From assembly GCA_030533325.1 (NCBI GenBank), contig JAUNJJ010000008.1, positions 9,219 through 73,218 of the forward strand: a stretch of DNA of 64,000 nt. Reading direction: 5' to 3'. The notes under the pieces were generated by a model, which saw nothing but the letters and a program-made list of their open reading frames with translations, made no database searches and was not told where the DNA came from. Source of the DNA: Oscillospiraceae bacterium. GTDB lineage: Bacteria > Bacillota > Clostridia > Oscillospirales > Ruminococcaceae. Of the stretch, positions 46,806 to 57,908 are shown one piece after another. The number at the start of each line of letters is the position of its first letter. Position 1 is the stretch's first letter. A program made the position numbers and the translations under genes.

Positions 46806-48212
46806 ATGGCATTTGAAGGTTTGTCTGATAAACTTAATAACGTTTTCAAACGTCTGAAGTCACGGGGAAAACTAACAGAGGCTGATGTTAAAGAGGCCAT
46901 GAGAGAAGTAAGACTTGCACTTCTTGAAGCCGATGTAAGCTACAAGGTAGTCAAGGATTTTGTTGCAAAGGTATCTGAGAGAGCTGTTGGTGAGGATGTA
47001 CTTAAGAGTCTCACACCTGCACAGATGGTTGTAAAGATTGTAAATGAGGAACTCTGCAATCTTATGGGTAACTCCAATGCAAGAGTCAATATGCCTTCGA
47101 AGCCGCCGTGTATTATAATGATGTGCGGACTTCAGGGTTCAGGTAAAACAACTCATTCTGCAAAGCTTGCAAAGTACTTTAAGAGTCAGGGACACAGACC
47201 TCTTCTTGTTGCCTGTGATATCTACAGACCTGCTGCTATCGACCAGCTTAAGATTGTTGGTGAAAAGGCAGAGGTTAAGGTCTTTGAGATGGGTCAGTCA
47301 GATCCTGTAAAGATTGCTTCAGAGTCAATAAAACATGCTAAGGATTACGGCCATGATATTGTTATCCTCGATACAGCCGGCCGTCTCCATATAGATACTG
47401 AGCTTATGGATGAGCTCAAAAACATTAAGAAGGAAACAAATCCTTCGGAAATTATGCTTGTTGTCGATGCTATGACTGGTCAGGATGCTGTAAATGTTGC
47501 CAAGGCTTTTGATGATGCACTTGGAATAGACAGCGTGCTTATGTCAAAGCTCGATTCAGATACAAGAGGCGGTGCTGCACTGTCAGTACTTGCTGTAACA
47601 GGTAAGCCAATCAAGTTCGTTGGTATGGGTGAGAAGCTTGATGATTTTGAGCAGTTCCATCCTGAACGAATGGCATCCCGTATCCTTGGTATGGGTGACG
47701 TGCTCACACTTATTGAAAAAGCAGAGAGTGCGGTTGACCTTAAGGATTCAGAAAAACTTGCAAAGAAGTTTACTGAAAATACCTTCGATATGGAGGACCT
47801 CAGAAGCTATCTTCTTCAGATTCAGAAGATGGGTTCAATCAAGAGCCTGCTCTCGATGCTTCCGGGTGTCGGAGACAAGGTAAAGGATATGGATGTTGAT
47901 GAGAGACAGTTCCAGAGAATAGATGCGATAATAACATCTATGACTCCTGCGGAAAGGGCAAAGCCTTCCATCATCAATCCGTCAAGAAAGAAAAGAATTG
48001 CGGCCGGAAGCGGTATGAAGGTTGAGGATGTTAACAGACTTCTCAGACAGTTCGAGCAGATGCAGAAGGTTATGAAGCAGTTCGGCAATATGGGCAAAGG
48101 CAAGGGACCGTTGTCTGCAAAGCGCATGAAGAAGCGCATTGCGGGTATGAACTTTGACAAGATGCCTGATATGCCAAAAGACATGGGGCTTCCAGTGAAC
48201 CCTAAAAAATGA
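46806..48212 (+). CDS. ffh: Signal recognition particle protein Ffh
   Basis: NG domain (GLQGSGKTT, DTAGR) and a Met-rich M domain. Confidence 0.95.
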   Translation: MAFEGLSDKLNNVFKRLKSRGKLTEADVKEAMREVRLALLEADVSYKVVKDFVAKVSERAVGEDVLKSLTPAQMVVKIVNEELCNLMGNSNARVNMPSKPPCIIMMCGLQGSGKTTHSAKLAKYFKSQGHRPLLVACDIYRPAAIDQLKIVGEKAEVKVFEMGQSDPVKIASESIKHAKDYGHDIVILDTAGRLHIDTELMDELKNIKKETNPSEIMLVVDAMTGQDAVNVAKAFDDALGIDSVLMSKLDSDTRGGAALSVLAVTGKPIKFVGMGEKLDDFEQFHPERMASRILGMGDVLTLIEKAESAVDLKDSEKLAKKFTENTFDMEDLRSYLLQIQKMGSIKSLLSMLPGVGDKVKDMDVDERQFQRIDAIITSMTPAERAKPSIINPSRKKRIAAGSGMKVEDVNRLLRQFEQMQKVMKQFGNMGKGKGPLSAKRMKKRIAGMNFDKMPDMPKDMGLPVNPKK

Positions 48213-48271
48213 TATTTTTGCAATATGCATTAATATAAATTCGCTAAACAAAATCCGGAGGTGAGATAAAA

Positions 48272-48511
48272 ATGGCAGTAAAGATCAGATTAAAGAGAAT
48301 GGGTGCTAAGAAGGCTCCTTTCTACCGTGTTGTTGTTGCTGATTCAAGATACCCAAGAGACGGCAGATTCATCGAAGAAATCGGATACTATGATCCAACT
48401 AAGACACCAAGCGTTATCAAGATAGATACTGAAAAGGCTGACAAGTGGATCAAGAATGGTGCACAGCCAACTGAAACAGTTAAGAAGCTTATAAAGAACG
48501 CTCAGGCTTAA
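48272..48511 (+). CDS. rpsP: 30S ribosomal protein S16
   Basis: [26 protein letters not shown]. Confidence 0.95.
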   Translation: MAVKIRLKRMGAKKAPFYRVVVADSRYPRDGRFIEEIGYYDPTKTPSVIKIDTEKADKWIKNGAQPTETVKKLIKNAQA

Positions 48512-48615
48512 TTCACGCATTTATCTTTTGATACAGACTTTTAGTCTGTATCTTAAGATTATATCGTTATCAGAAAGGGGCAGCGTACGCGCTGTTATTA
48601 AAAAGGAGAAATATT

Positions 48616-48849
48616 ATGAAAGAACTGCTTTTAGCAATTGTCGAAGGTCTTGTTGAAAATAAACAGGAAATCACAATAACAGAAGATGCACCAAATGAAG
48701 AAGGCGTAATTGTTTTCCACCTTCATGTTTCACAGGAAGATATGGGGCGTGTAATCGGCAAGCAGGGAAGAATAGCAAAGGCTATCAGAACTGTTATGCG
48801 TGCGGGTGCAGCAAGAAACAATACAAAAGTTCTTCTCGAAATTGAATAA
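48616..48849 (+). CDS. KH-domain RNA-binding protein (YlqC-like)
   Basis: 77 aa, GxxG-type KH motif (IGKQGRIAKAIR); conserved position between rpsP and rimM. Confidence 0.8.
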   Translation: MKELLLAIVEGLVENKQEITITEDAPNEEGVIVFHLHVSQEDMGRVIGKQGRIAKAIRTVMRAGAARNNTKVLLEIE

Positions 48850-48946
48850 AATTTGAGAGAATAAAATTTAAACATGAAAACAATACTGTCAGATTAATTT
48901 TCAGGTTATTCTGGCAGTTTTTTTGATAAAATACAGAAACAGGTGA

Positions 48947-49468
48947 ATGAATATGTCAGAAAATTATCTGGAAGCCGGAAAAGTTGTAAATGTTCATGGT
49001 CTGAGAGGCGAGGTTAAGATAATGCCGTGGTGTGACAGCCCGGATTTTCTCTGTGAGTTTGATTATCTTTATCTTGACGGTCAGGGAAGAAAAGAGCTTG
49101 AGATTGTAAACGCAAGAGTTTTCAAAAACATGGTTATAGCAAAGTTCAGCGGATACGATACTGTGGAACAGGCTGAAACTCTCAGAAACAAGGTTCTTTA
49201 CCTTTCAAGGGAAGATGTTGAACTTGATGAAAATACATATTTTGTAAAGGATCTTATCGGCGTTAAGGTTATAGACAATGATACAGGAGTTGAGTACGGT
49301 GTAATAAAGGACGTTTTCCAGACCGGAGCAAATGATGTCTATACGGTTAAAAACGGTGAAAAGGAATATCTTGTACCGGCTATTGCTGATGTGGTGGTTG
49401 ATACGGATATAGAAAACAAGGTTATGCACATTACACCGCTTAAGGGGCTTTTTGAAGATGAAGATTGA
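48947..49468 (+). CDS. rimM: Ribosome maturation factor RimM
   Basis: N-terminus GKVVNVHGLRGEVKI and the PRC barrel C-terminus. Confidence 0.9.
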   Translation: MNMSENYLEAGKVVNVHGLRGEVKIMPWCDSPDFLCEFDYLYLDGQGRKELEIVNARVFKNMVIAKFSGYDTVEQAETLRNKVLYLSREDVELDENTYFVKDLIGVKVIDNDTGVEYGVIKDVFQTGANDVYTVKNGEKEYLVPAIADVVVDTDIENKVMHITPLKGLFEDED

Positions 49469-50171
49469 GATAGCTACGCTTTTCCCGGAGATGTGTGAAG
49501 GTGTGCTTGCGGAAAGCATAATAGGTCGTGCAAGGAAAAAAGGTGCAGTAGAGATATCCTGCAGAAATATCCGTGACTATACTCTTGACAAGCACAGAAG
49601 AGTTGATGATACACCGTACGGCGGCGGTATGGGAATGGTTATGCAGGCCGACCCTATATTTAACTGTTACAGTGCAGTATGTGAGGAACTTGGCGGGAAG
49701 CCGCATACAATATATATGTCACCAAAGGGAACAGTTTTTACACAGGCAAGAGCCGTTGAACTTTCCGGATATAAAAACATATTTATAATCTGCGGACACT
49801 ATGAAGGCGTTGACCAGCGGGTCATTGACGAGATAGTCGATGAGGAAATATCTATCGGAGACTATGTTCTGACAGGCGGTGAACTGCCTGCTCTTGTTGT
49901 TGCAGATGCAGTGTCAAGAATGTGCAGCGGTGTGCTTTCTGATGAGCTTTGCTATCAGGATGAAAGTCATTTTAACGGACTTCTGGAGTATCCTCAGTAT
50001 ACCAAGCCGGCAGAGTGGCATGGGGTAAGTGTACCTGAAGTGCTTCTGTCCGGGCATCATAAAAATATTGACAGTTTCAGACTCGAAAAAAGTATCGAAA
50101 TAACCAGAGAACGCCGACCTGATATGTATGAAAAATACATAAATACTCATAATATACCAAGCAAGAAGTGA
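49452..50171 (+). CDS. trmD: tRNA (guanine37-N1)-methyltransferase
   Basis: SPOUT motifs (IEIATLFPEM, YGGGMGMV, GHYEGVDQRV); overlaps the rimM stop. Confidence 0.9.
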   Translation: MKMKIEIATLFPEMCEGVLAESIIGRARKKGAVEISCRNIRDYTLDKHRRVDDTPYGGGMGMVMQADPIFNCYSAVCEELGGKPHTIYMSPKGTVFTQARAVELSGYKNIFIICGHYEGVDQRVIDEIVDEEISIGDYVLTGGELPALVVADAVSRMCSGVLSDELCYQDESHFNGLLEYPQYTKPAEWHGVSVPEVLLSGHHKNIDSFRLEKSIEITRERRPDMYEKYINTHNIPSKK

Positions 50172-50450
50172 TTTTGAATATATTATACTGTTGAATATTG
50201 TTAGTCTTTAATAAAATTTCGTTAATATCGACAAAAACCCGACCAATAAACAATTTCAGCATAATCAATGCGTAGAAAATTCAGCTTAAATGCGTATATA
50301 TATAAGTTTATGCGTTGACTAACTGTAAAATAAACTGTATAATAAAACTAAGGTAATTGATATGAAACTGTTAAACAGCTTCAGCAGTTCAGATTATGCT
50401 TACGCATAACACAGCAATAAATAAAAAATAATAATGAGGAGAGTTTTATA

Positions 50451-50720
50451 ATGTTTGTAAGAGAAGTAATGGTACAGAACCAGGTAGGACTTCACGCAAG
50501 ACCAGCAACATTTTTCATTCAGAAGGCTAACGAATTCAAATCATCAATCTGGATTGAAAAGGAAGAACGCAGGGTAAATGCAAAGAGCCTTTTAGGTATT
50601 CTTTCACTTGGTATCGTTGGCGGTACATCAATCAAGATTATTGCTGATGGTGCAGATGAGGAAGTAGCTGTTGAAGCACTTGTTGACCTCGTAACAAATG
50701 GTTTCAGCGAGCAGGCATAA
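50451..50720 (+). CDS. ptsH: Phosphocarrier protein HPr
   Basis: GLHARPA with His15 and the Ser46 region (KSLLGI). Confidence 0.9.
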   Translation: MFVREVMVQNQVGLHARPATFFIQKANEFKSSIWIEKEERRVNAKSLLGILSLGIVGGTSIKIIADGADEEVAVEALVDLVTNGFSEQA

Positions 50721-50752
50721 TTTAAACTGATATTAGTTAATATATTATATGT

Positions 50753-50789
50753 AAACGGCGGACTTGCTTGCAGGTTCGCCGTTTTTTAC
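50753..50789. terminator. Terminator between ptsH and convergent spoIVB
   Basis: aacggcg...cgccgtt + TTTTT. Confidence 0.6.
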
Positions 50790-50819
50790 AGGGCTTTGCG
50801 GTTAAGCTATGCACTCCTT

Positions 50820-52025
50820 TCAGTCGCCTGCACCTTCGCTGTACATATTTTCACAGAATATGGCATATCCCATTGTGGGGTCGTTTACGAAAACGTGGGT
50901 TACGGCACCGACGAGCATGCCGTTCTGGATTATGGGGCTGCCGCTCATGCCCTGGACTATGCCGCCGGTTTTGCTGATAAGTTCAGGGTCGGTTATTTTT
51001 ATTATCATATTGTGGCTGGAGTTTCGCGGTTCGTATATTATCTTTTTAATATCTATGGCATAGGCTTCCGGTTCTGTTCCTTCAACAGTAGAGTATATCT
51101 GAGCTTCACCTGTGCATACTTCATGAGCCATAGCTACCGGCAGTTTTTCGTTTTCAGTAAAGTCTATGTCTATTGTTCCGAATACGCCGCAGCTGCTGTT
51201 GGAATTAAGAATACCGCAGCAGTCCGGTTCACAGAAAAATCCCTGAAGTTCCCCCGGACTTCCGGCCTTTCCTTTCTTCACTCCGGAAATGCTGACACTC
51301 ATTACCTCTCCCTCAGACATAGGAATGATTCTGCCTGTATCGGAATCACATACAGGGTGACCAAGTCCTGCAAATGTACCGGTATCGGTGTCACAGTATG
51401 TTACTGTTCCTATTCCTGCCGAACTGTCTCTTACCCATAATCCCAGCTTAGGCGTTTTGTCTGTATCCGATACAGCCGGTCTGAGTTTTTTTACAATCTC
51501 CGTGCCATCACGTAAAATAGTAAGTGATATTTCGCGGTCACATGATTTTCCGGCGTATTCTTCAATATCGTGGTATGAGAATACCGGATTTCCGTTGACG
51601 GATTTTATAATATCGCCTTTGCGTATATCAGCATCAGCTGCCGGTGAGACATCTTTTGTTCCAGCTTTAGTATTTCCTGTGCGTATTACCATCACACCGT
51701 CCATAAGCATTTTTATCCCGAAGGGTTTTCCGCAGGGAGTGAGTTCAGGGCGTGTAATTTTGTGAACTTCAGCATTTTTTACCGGAATTATTCCCATCAG
51801 CATCAGCTGTACAGATGATGTATCAGGTGAATTTGATAAGGAAAGCGCGGGAGAAAGATTTTCTGAAGGGACTGCTGTTATTTTCAGTGCTGTATTAAGA
51901 TGTATGATGCCGGAATCACTGCTGAATCTGTCCGGAAGATATTCAGAATAATGTATAACTGCTGAAAACAATACAGTACAGACAACTGTAAGTACTGCGG
52001 TGAACTTTTTTATTATTTTTCTCAC
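50820..52025 (-). CDS. spoIVB: Stage IV sporulation protein B (SpoIVB, S55 serine peptidase with PDZ domain)
   Basis: N-terminal transmembrane helix, a PDZ region, and the S55 motif GTVTYCDTDTGTFAGLGH. Confidence 0.8.
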   Translation of the reverse strand: MRKIIKKFTAVLTVVCTVLFSAVIHYSEYLPDRFSSDSGIIHLNTALKITAVPSENLSPALSLSNSPDTSSVQLMLMGIIPVKNAEVHKITRPELTPCGKPFGIKMLMDGVMVIRTGNTKAGTKDVSPAADADIRKGDIIKSVNGNPVFSYHDIEEYAGKSCDREISLTILRDGTEIVKKLRPAVSDTDKTPKLGLWVRDSSAGIGTVTYCDTDTGTFAGLGHPVCDSDTGRIIPMSEGEVMSVSISGVKKGKAGSPGELQGFFCEPDCCGILNSNSSCGVFGTIDIDFTENEKLPVAMAHEVCTGEAQIYSTVEGTEPEAYAIDIKKIIYEPRNSSHNMIIKITDPELISKTGGIVQGMSGSPIIQNGMLVGAVTHVFVNDPTMGYAIFCENMYSEGAGD

Positions 52026-52189
52026 TTGTATTTTTCCTCCTTAAAAATTTTTTGTAGTAATACTATTTGCTGATTGAATAAAAATATTAGAGGTTATAAC
52101 AGAACGGTTTTTTTATAAATTTTTTCATTTGACGAAATAAGAAAAATGTGCTAACATTAATATTATGAATAAAAACTGTGGGGTTTTTT

Positions 52190-52690
52190 ATGAAAATTCT
52201 GAATATAATTTTAAAAATATTAATTGTAATAATTACACTTGTATATCCGCTGTTTTTTAACCTTCTTGCTGGCTGCAGCATTGCAGCCAGTGCAGTACGG
52301 ACGGGCGGATTTTCTTTTATGTTTGTTATCGGCATAGCAATGGTGATTTCCTCTGTACTTATGACCTCAGCAACAGTTCTCGTTCTGGGCGGGAAAAAGA
52401 AAGCGGCATTTGTGACCGATACTGCCGGAACAGTTCTGTGCATGACAGCGGCAGTGGTGATAACAGCAGCCGCACACAGCCGTGAGCTTACAGACAGTAT
52501 GCTCAGACCGCTTGGCCTTGTGTATGCAGGAAGGCATTTTCCGTCGGTTATTCATTATATAGCTGTATCCGCTCTTTTTCTTACTGATTATATCAGGGAG
52601 AAAAAGGAAGATGCAAGGAAGCTGCATGAATTCGTTTATGCCAATTCCGGAATAGATGAAGTAATGAATATGCCGGATGAGGATATTTAA
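52190..52690 (+). CDS. Hypothetical polytopic membrane protein
   Basis: Four to five hydrophobic helices; no recognisable motif; start uncertain (52178 GTG or 52190 ATG). Confidence 0.45.
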   Translation: MKILNIILKILIVIITLVYPLFFNLLAGCSIAASAVRTGGFSFMFVIGIAMVISSVLMTSATVLVLGGKKKAAFVTDTAGTVLCMTAAVVITAAAHSRELTDSMLRPLGLVYAGRHFPSVIHYIAVSALFLTDYIREKKEDARKLHEFVYANSGIDEVMNMPDEDI

Positions 52691-52850
52691 TTGTAAAAAT
52701 ATGTAAATTATTCTAAAATCAGAATGAATATAAGGGTATTAAACCAGCTTATTTCACGAAATAAACATAATTTCAAAAAAATGTAAAAAATCCTCTTGAT
52801 TAAACTGTAAATATATGGTAGAATAATATTGCAGTAAAAAATTAGGAGGT

Positions 52851-53618
52851 TTGACAATGTTAAACAAAATTAGAGTATTGATCGGTGATGACACAGTCGA
52901 ATATGGAATAGCGTTTGCCAGTACGCTCAGAAGTCTGGGCTGGTATGTGGTGACAAGACCGAAGGATGGCAGCAAGATTCTTGAATCAATCAAAAATGAT
53001 TCACCGGATATTGTAATCATAGATGCCGTTCTGCCGGGCATGGATGCAATTGAGGTTATGAAGCGCTCTTCAGAGACAGGAAACGGACCTGAATTTATAG
53101 TGACTTCTCTTTACGATAATCCGTTTATTGAAAAGCAGGTGATGCAGAACGGTGCAGCGTACTTTATGCTCAGACCATTTGACGTGAACACGCTCAGGGA
53201 CCGTATAGAAGCTGTTATGCAGAAAAATGACGCAGCGGAAAAAGGCAGCAGTGATGCTGATGACATGGAGATAGTTGTGACAGATGTTATACACCAGCTT
53301 GGTGTACCTGCACACATAAAAGGTTACCATTATCTCAGAGAAGCCATTCTCTCGTCTCTTGAAGACAATGATCTGCTTGAAAGTGTAACCAAGTCCCTGT
53401 ACCCCAATGTTGCGATGAAGTTCCAGACGACATCATCGAGGGTTGAGAGAGCAATACGCCATGCTATAGAGATTGCATGGGACAGAGGAAATGTTGAGAT
53501 TCTGAATTCATTTTTCGGTTATACGGTAAACACAAGTAAGGGGAAACCTACCAACTCTGAGTTTATCGCACTTATAACTGACAAGCTCAGGCTTCAGTAC
53601 AAGTCAGTTCTCAGCTGA
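52851..53618 (+). CDS. spo0A: Sporulation master regulator Spo0A
   Basis: Receiver domain plus the Spo0A-specific C-terminal DNA-binding domain (..[11 protein letters not shown]...[15 protein letters not shown]..). Confidence 0.9.
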   Translation: MTMLNKIRVLIGDDTVEYGIAFASTLRSLGWYVVTRPKDGSKILESIKNDSPDIVIIDAVLPGMDAIEVMKRSSETGNGPEFIVTSLYDNPFIEKQVMQNGAAYFMLRPFDVNTLRDRIEAVMQKNDAAEKGSSDADDMEIVVTDVIHQLGVPAHIKGYHYLREAILSSLEDNDLLESVTKSLYPNVAMKFQTTSSRVERAIRHAIEIAWDRGNVEILNSFFGYTVNTSKGKPTNSEFIALITDKLRLQYKSVLS

Positions 53619-53684
53619 TATCAGCTTCCTTGTTTTCACTAAGCGGCGTTGCATATAGATTTTTCATACGAAAGGAATATTATT

Positions 53685-54194
53685 ATGAGTTTAGTAAAAA
53701 CAAGTATCGAAAACTTAAGTGTGAATCCGTTCACACTTATCGGACGCGACTGGTATCTTATCACTGCCGGAAAGTCAGTATCTGACTACAACACTATGAC
53801 TGCTTCCTGGGGTTCTCTCGGTGTTATGTGGGGGAAGAACGTTTTCACATGCGGTATCAGACCGAACAGATATACATTCGGATTCGTTGAGGACAGCGAA
53901 TATTTTACCATGTCATTCTTTGACTCTGACAAGTACAGAGATATGCTCACGTTCTGCGGAACAAAATCAGGTCGTGATGTGGATAAGGCAAAGGAAACAG
54001 GGATTACTCCGACAGAGATAGAAGGCACAGTTACATTTGAGGAGGCAAAACTTGTGTTCGTGTGCCGCAGGATGTATTCACAGGATCTTGAGGAAAAATC
54101 CTTCACGGACAAGGATGCACTTAAGTTCTATGAAAAGGATCCGTACCACAGAATGTACACTTCTGAGATAGTTGCTGTGTACGAGAATAAATAA
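53685..54194 (+). CDS. Flavin reductase-like FMN-binding protein
   Basis: Flavin reductase-like domain beginning NPFTLIGRDWYLITAG; GAAAGGAA ribosome binding site and ATG 53685. Confidence 0.7.
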   Translation: MSLVKTSIENLSVNPFTLIGRDWYLITAGKSVSDYNTMTASWGSLGVMWGKNVFTCGIRPNRYTFGFVEDSEYFTMSFFDSDKYRDMLTFCGTKSGRDVDKAKETGITPTEIEGTVTFEEAKLVFVCRRMYSQDLEEKSFTDKDALKFYEKDPYHRMYTSEIVAVYENK

Positions 54195-54197
54195 CAG

Positions 54198-54241
54198 AAA
54201 CCGGAACTCTCTGTTCATATGCAGCGGGTTCCGGATTTTTT
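54198..54241 (+). terminator. Intrinsic terminator before the arg operon
   Basis: aaccggaac...gttccgg + TTTTTT. Confidence 0.6.
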
Positions 54242-54261
54242 GTTATAATAAGAGCAAAGTA

Positions 54262-54345
54262 AATATTCATTGTTTTCATGAATATTCCTCTAAAAATGAA
54301 TAAATATGCATATCCCCTTGACATTTGAAATTTATAATGTATAAT
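54262..54345 (+). promoter_or_regulatory. argG promoter (TTGACA 54318-23, 16-nt spacer, TATAAT 54340-45) with upstream candidate ArgR/AhrC operator palindromes
   Basis: Inverted repeat aatattcat-N7-atgaatatt (54262-54286) and tgaataaatatgcat (54296-54310) resemble ARG boxes. Confidence 0.4.
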
Positions 54346-54399
54346 AAAAATATATCATCAATTTATTAAGATAATTCTAATATACGGAGGGTTATTATC

Positions 54400-55629
54400 A
54401 TGGCAAACGATATTAAAAAGGTTGTACTTGCATACTCAGGCGGACTTGATACATCTATCATCATTCCGTGGCTCAAGGAAAACTACAACAACTGCGAAGT
54501 AATCGCTGTTTCTGCAGACGTAGGACAGGGAACAGAGCTTGACGGTCTTGAAGAAAAGGCTATTAAGACAGGTGCTTCAAAGCTTTACATAGAGCATATG
54601 ACAGAAGAATTCCTTACAGATTATGTGTTCCCGACACTTCAGGCTGGCGCTGTTTATGAAAACAGATATCTCCTCGGTACATCATTTGCAAGACCTATCA
54701 TTGCAAAGAGAATAGCTGAAATTGCACTTAAGGAAGGTGCAGATGCTATCTGTCACGGATGTACAGGTAAGGGTAATGATCAGGTTCGTTTCGAACTTGC
54801 TATCAAGGCTTTCGCTCCTGATATGAAGATTATCGCTCCGTGGAGAGAATGGGATATCAAGTCAAGAGACGAAGAAATTGACTATGCAGAAGCTCACAAT
54901 ATTCCACTTAAGATAAACCGCGAAACAAACTACTCAAAGGACAAGAACATCTGGCACCTTTCACACGAAGGTCTCGATCTTGAAAGCCCTGCAAATGAAC
55001 CACAGTACAACAAGGAAGGCTTCCTTGAACTCGGCGTTTCACCGGAACAGGCTCCTGACACACCAACATATGTTACAATCACATTTGAAAAGGGTGTTCC
55101 TGTAGCAATTGACGGTAAAAAGATGAACGCTACTGAACTCGTTACAACACTTAACAAGGTTGGCGGCGCAAACGGCATTGGTATCGCGGACCTCGTTGAA
55201 AACAGACTCGTTGGCATGAAGTCAAGGGGCGTATATGAAACACCAGGCGGAACAATTCTCTACCATGCTCATGAAGTTCTTGAAACACTTTGCCTTGACA
55301 AGGAAACAGCAAGAATCAAGCAGCACCTCGGCATCAAGTTCGCTGATGTTGTTTACAACGGTCAGTGGTTCACACCATTAAGAGAAGCACTTTCAGCATT
55401 TGTTACAGAAACACAGAAGACAGTAACAGGTGATGTTAAGCTCAAACTTTACAAGGGCAATATCATCAATGCCGGTGTAACATCCCCGTATACACTTTAT
55501 GATGAAGAAGTTGCTACATTCGACGAGGATGAGGTTTACAATCAGAAGGATGCAGAAGGATTCATCAATCTCTTCGGTCTTCCTGTAAAGGTTAAGGCTC
55601 AGCTTGACGCTAAGAGAAACAACAAGTAA
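54400..55629 (+). CDS. argG: Argininosuccinate synthase
   Basis: [11 protein letters not shown]-loop and the full-length ArgG pattern. Confidence 0.95.
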   Translation: MANDIKKVVLAYSGGLDTSIIIPWLKENYNNCEVIAVSADVGQGTELDGLEEKAIKTGASKLYIEHMTEEFLTDYVFPTLQAGAVYENRYLLGTSFARPIIAKRIAEIALKEGADAICHGCTGKGNDQVRFELAIKAFAPDMKIIAPWREWDIKSRDEEIDYAEAHNIPLKINRETNYSKDKNIWHLSHEGLDLESPANEPQYNKEGFLELGVSPEQAPDTPTYVTITFEKGVPVAIDGKKMNATELVTTLNKVGGANGIGIADLVENRLVGMKSRGVYETPGGTILYHAHEVLETLCLDKETARIKQHLGIKFADVVYNGQWFTPLREALSAFVTETQKTVTGDVKLKLYKGNIINAGVTSPYTLYDEEVATFDEDEVYNQKDAEGFINLFGLPVKVKAQLDAKRNNK

Positions 55630-55727
55630 TTTCTTACTGTAATTTTTAATGTAAAGGGCGGGCATTCGTTCGCCTTTTACTTATTTTATAACACAGATTT
55701 TTTTATTTATGACGGGAGGTTTTTCGA

Positions 55728-56306
55728 GTGAATGAGATCAGGACATATCAGCATGTAATAGGTGAGAGTCTGAAAATTTCAGATGACAGTATACCTGATG
55801 CGGAATTTGTTACAGTAAATCTTGAAAGAGCGGCATTCAGCAATCTTAATCTTTCGACAGTAACATTTGAAAAGGCAAATATGGAATGTGCGGAGTTTAA
55901 GGATGTAGACTTAAACTGCTGTTCATTTGATAAAGCGTACCTTGATAACAGTGTAATAACTGAGTCAAGCTTTGCAAATGCTGTTGTCGAAAATGTTAAT
56001 ATGGAAAGAGCGAAGTTCTGTGGCTTAAATATGTCAGCTGCCACATTTAAGGGAATAAACTTCAAGGAAACATCATTTAACGAAGTGTCACTTGACGACT
56101 CGAAACTTTATTTTTCTGATATGCTTAATGCTTCATTTGAAAAAATTATTCTTACCGGAAGTAAATTTAAGGAATGCGATCTTAAGAATGTTGAGATAAC
56201 GGAGTCCGAAACTGACGGACTTATCATAGACGGTATAGACGTCGGTGCGATTATTAAAGCGGTAAAAGAAAAGAAAATAGACGTTGACAGGCTTTTGAAC
56301 GGCTGA
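55728..56306 (+). CDS. Pentapeptide-repeat protein
   Basis: GTG start after GGGAGG; tandem A(D/N)LxX-type pentapeptide repeats throughout. Confidence 0.65.
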   Translation: MNEIRTYQHVIGESLKISDDSIPDAEFVTVNLERAAFSNLNLSTVTFEKANMECAEFKDVDLNCCSFDKAYLDNSVITESSFANAVVENVNMERAKFCGLNMSAATFKGINFKETSFNEVSLDDSKLYFSDMLNASFEKIILTGSKFKECDLKNVEITESETDGLIIDGIDVGAIIKAVKEKKIDVDRLLNG

Positions 56307-56328
56307 AAAGAGAAAGGTGTGTATACAG

Positions 56329-57714
56329 ATGGCAAAAATGTGGGCAGGAAGATTTTCCAAGGAAGTTGACGAGACAGTTAACGCATTCAATTCATCAATC
56401 TCATTTGACGGAAGAATGTACAGGCATGATATAGAGGGCAGTATTGCACATGCTGAGATGCTTGGCAGATGCGGGATTATTTCAAAGGATGACAGTGCAA
56501 AGATACAGGCTGGTCTTAAGGAAATACTTGCTGATATCGAATCAGGCACACTTGAACTTGATATGACAGCAGAGGACATCCATATGTTCGTTGAAGCTGA
56601 ACTTACAAAGAGATACGGAGATGTAGGAAAGAGACTCCACACTTCACGTTCAAGAAATGACCAGGTGGCTCTTGACATAAGACTTTACCTCAGAGATGAG
56701 ATTGCACAGATAAGAGAACTTACAGCAGAACTTGTAAAGACGGTATGCAAAATTGCTGAAGGAAACCTTGAAACTATTATGCCTGGCTATACTCATCTTC
56801 AGAGAGCACAGCCGATAACACTTGCTCATCATATGATGGCATACGGACAGATGCTTCTCAGAGACCTTTCAAGACTTTCTGATACAGCAAAGAGAATGAA
56901 CTTCAATCCGCTTGGAAGCTGTGCACTTGCAGGTACAACATATCCGATTGACCGAAATATAACATCAGATCTTCTCGGATTTACAGCACCAACCGTAAAC
57001 AGCCTTGACGGTGTTTCGGACAGAGACTTCTGCGTTGAACTCGCTTCGGCACTTTCTCTTCTTATGACACACCTCTCAAGATTCTCAGAAGAAATCATCA
57101 TGTGGTGTTCATGGGAATTCAAATTTATCGAACTTGACGACGCATATGCTACAGGTTCATCAATCATGCCTCAGAAGAAGAACCCGGATATAACAGAGCT
57201 TATCAGAGGCAAGACAGGCAGAGTAACAGGCGACCTTGTTACACTTCTCTCAATGCTTAAGGGGCTTCCGCTTGCATACAACAAGGATATGCAGGAAGAC
57301 AAGGAAGCAATTTTCGATGCAGTTGACAATGTTAAGCTTTGCCTGAAGACATTTATTCCTATGATTGAGACTATGAAGATAAATGCTGTTAATATGAGAA
57401 ATGCAGCTGCAAGAGGATTTATCAATGCAACAGACTGTGCAGACTACCTTGTAAAGAAGGGTATGCCATTCAGAGATGCGTACAAAATTACAGGACAGCT
57501 CGTAGCGCTTTGTATTCAGAAAAATGAAACACTCGAAACTCTGGCACTTGAAGAATACAAAAACTTTACAGAGCTCTTTGAGGATGACGTGTATGATGCA
57601 ATAAACCTTGAAACCTGTGTAAATCAGAGAAATTCAGAAGGCGGTCCTTCACCGGAGGCAGTAAAGATTCAGATTGAAAAGACAAGAGCGGCTCTTGCAA
57701 AGGAAATGGAATAA
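56329..57714 (+). CDS. argH: Argininosuccinate lyase
   Basis: [10 protein letters not shown]-terminus; fumarate-lyase signature [10 protein letters not shown]. Confidence 0.9.
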   Translation: MAKMWAGRFSKEVDETVNAFNSSISFDGRMYRHDIEGSIAHAEMLGRCGIISKDDSAKIQAGLKEILADIESGTLELDMTAEDIHMFVEAELTKRYGDVGKRLHTSRSRNDQVALDIRLYLRDEIAQIRELTAELVKTVCKIAEGNLETIMPGYTHLQRAQPITLAHHMMAYGQMLLRDLSRLSDTAKRMNFNPLGSCALAGTTYPIDRNITSDLLGFTAPTVNSLDGVSDRDFCVELASALSLLMTHLSRFSEEIIMWCSWEFKFIELDDAYATGSSIMPQKKNPDITELIRGKTGRVTGDLVTLLSMLKGLPLAYNKDMQEDKEAIFDAVDNVKLCLKTFIPMIETMKINAVNMRNAAARGFINATDCADYLVKKGMPFRDAYKITGQLVALCIQKNETLETLALEEYKNFTELFEDDVYDAINLETCVNQRNSEGGPSPEAVKIQIEKTRAALAKEME

Positions 57715-57908
57715 TGAACCGTAAAAATTTACGTTCGGTTTTTCTTATAAGTCTGGCAGGCGTAATGATATGGCTTGCCGGTTTCATACTGATAATGGTG
57801 CTCAGATTTGAAAATGCACCTGCAGTAAACAAGGCATGGCTCATAATTTCTCTCGGCGGAACAGTTATTGTGAGTGTGGCTAAGAATATGAAAGATGACG
57901 AAAGGTGA
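57714..57908 (+). CDS. Small membrane protein (hypothetical, 64 aa)
   Basis: ATG overlaps the argH stop (TAATG); two predicted transmembrane helices. Confidence 0.4.
   Translation: MNRKNLRSVFLISLAGVMIWLAGFILIMVLRFENAPAVNKAWLIISLGGTVIVSVAKNMKDDER

Noticed and set aside
50768-51765. Plus-strand ORFs of 69-214 aa overlapping spoIVB
   Set aside because: Antisense to a conserved protease gene; Cys/Arg-rich, non-protein-like translations.
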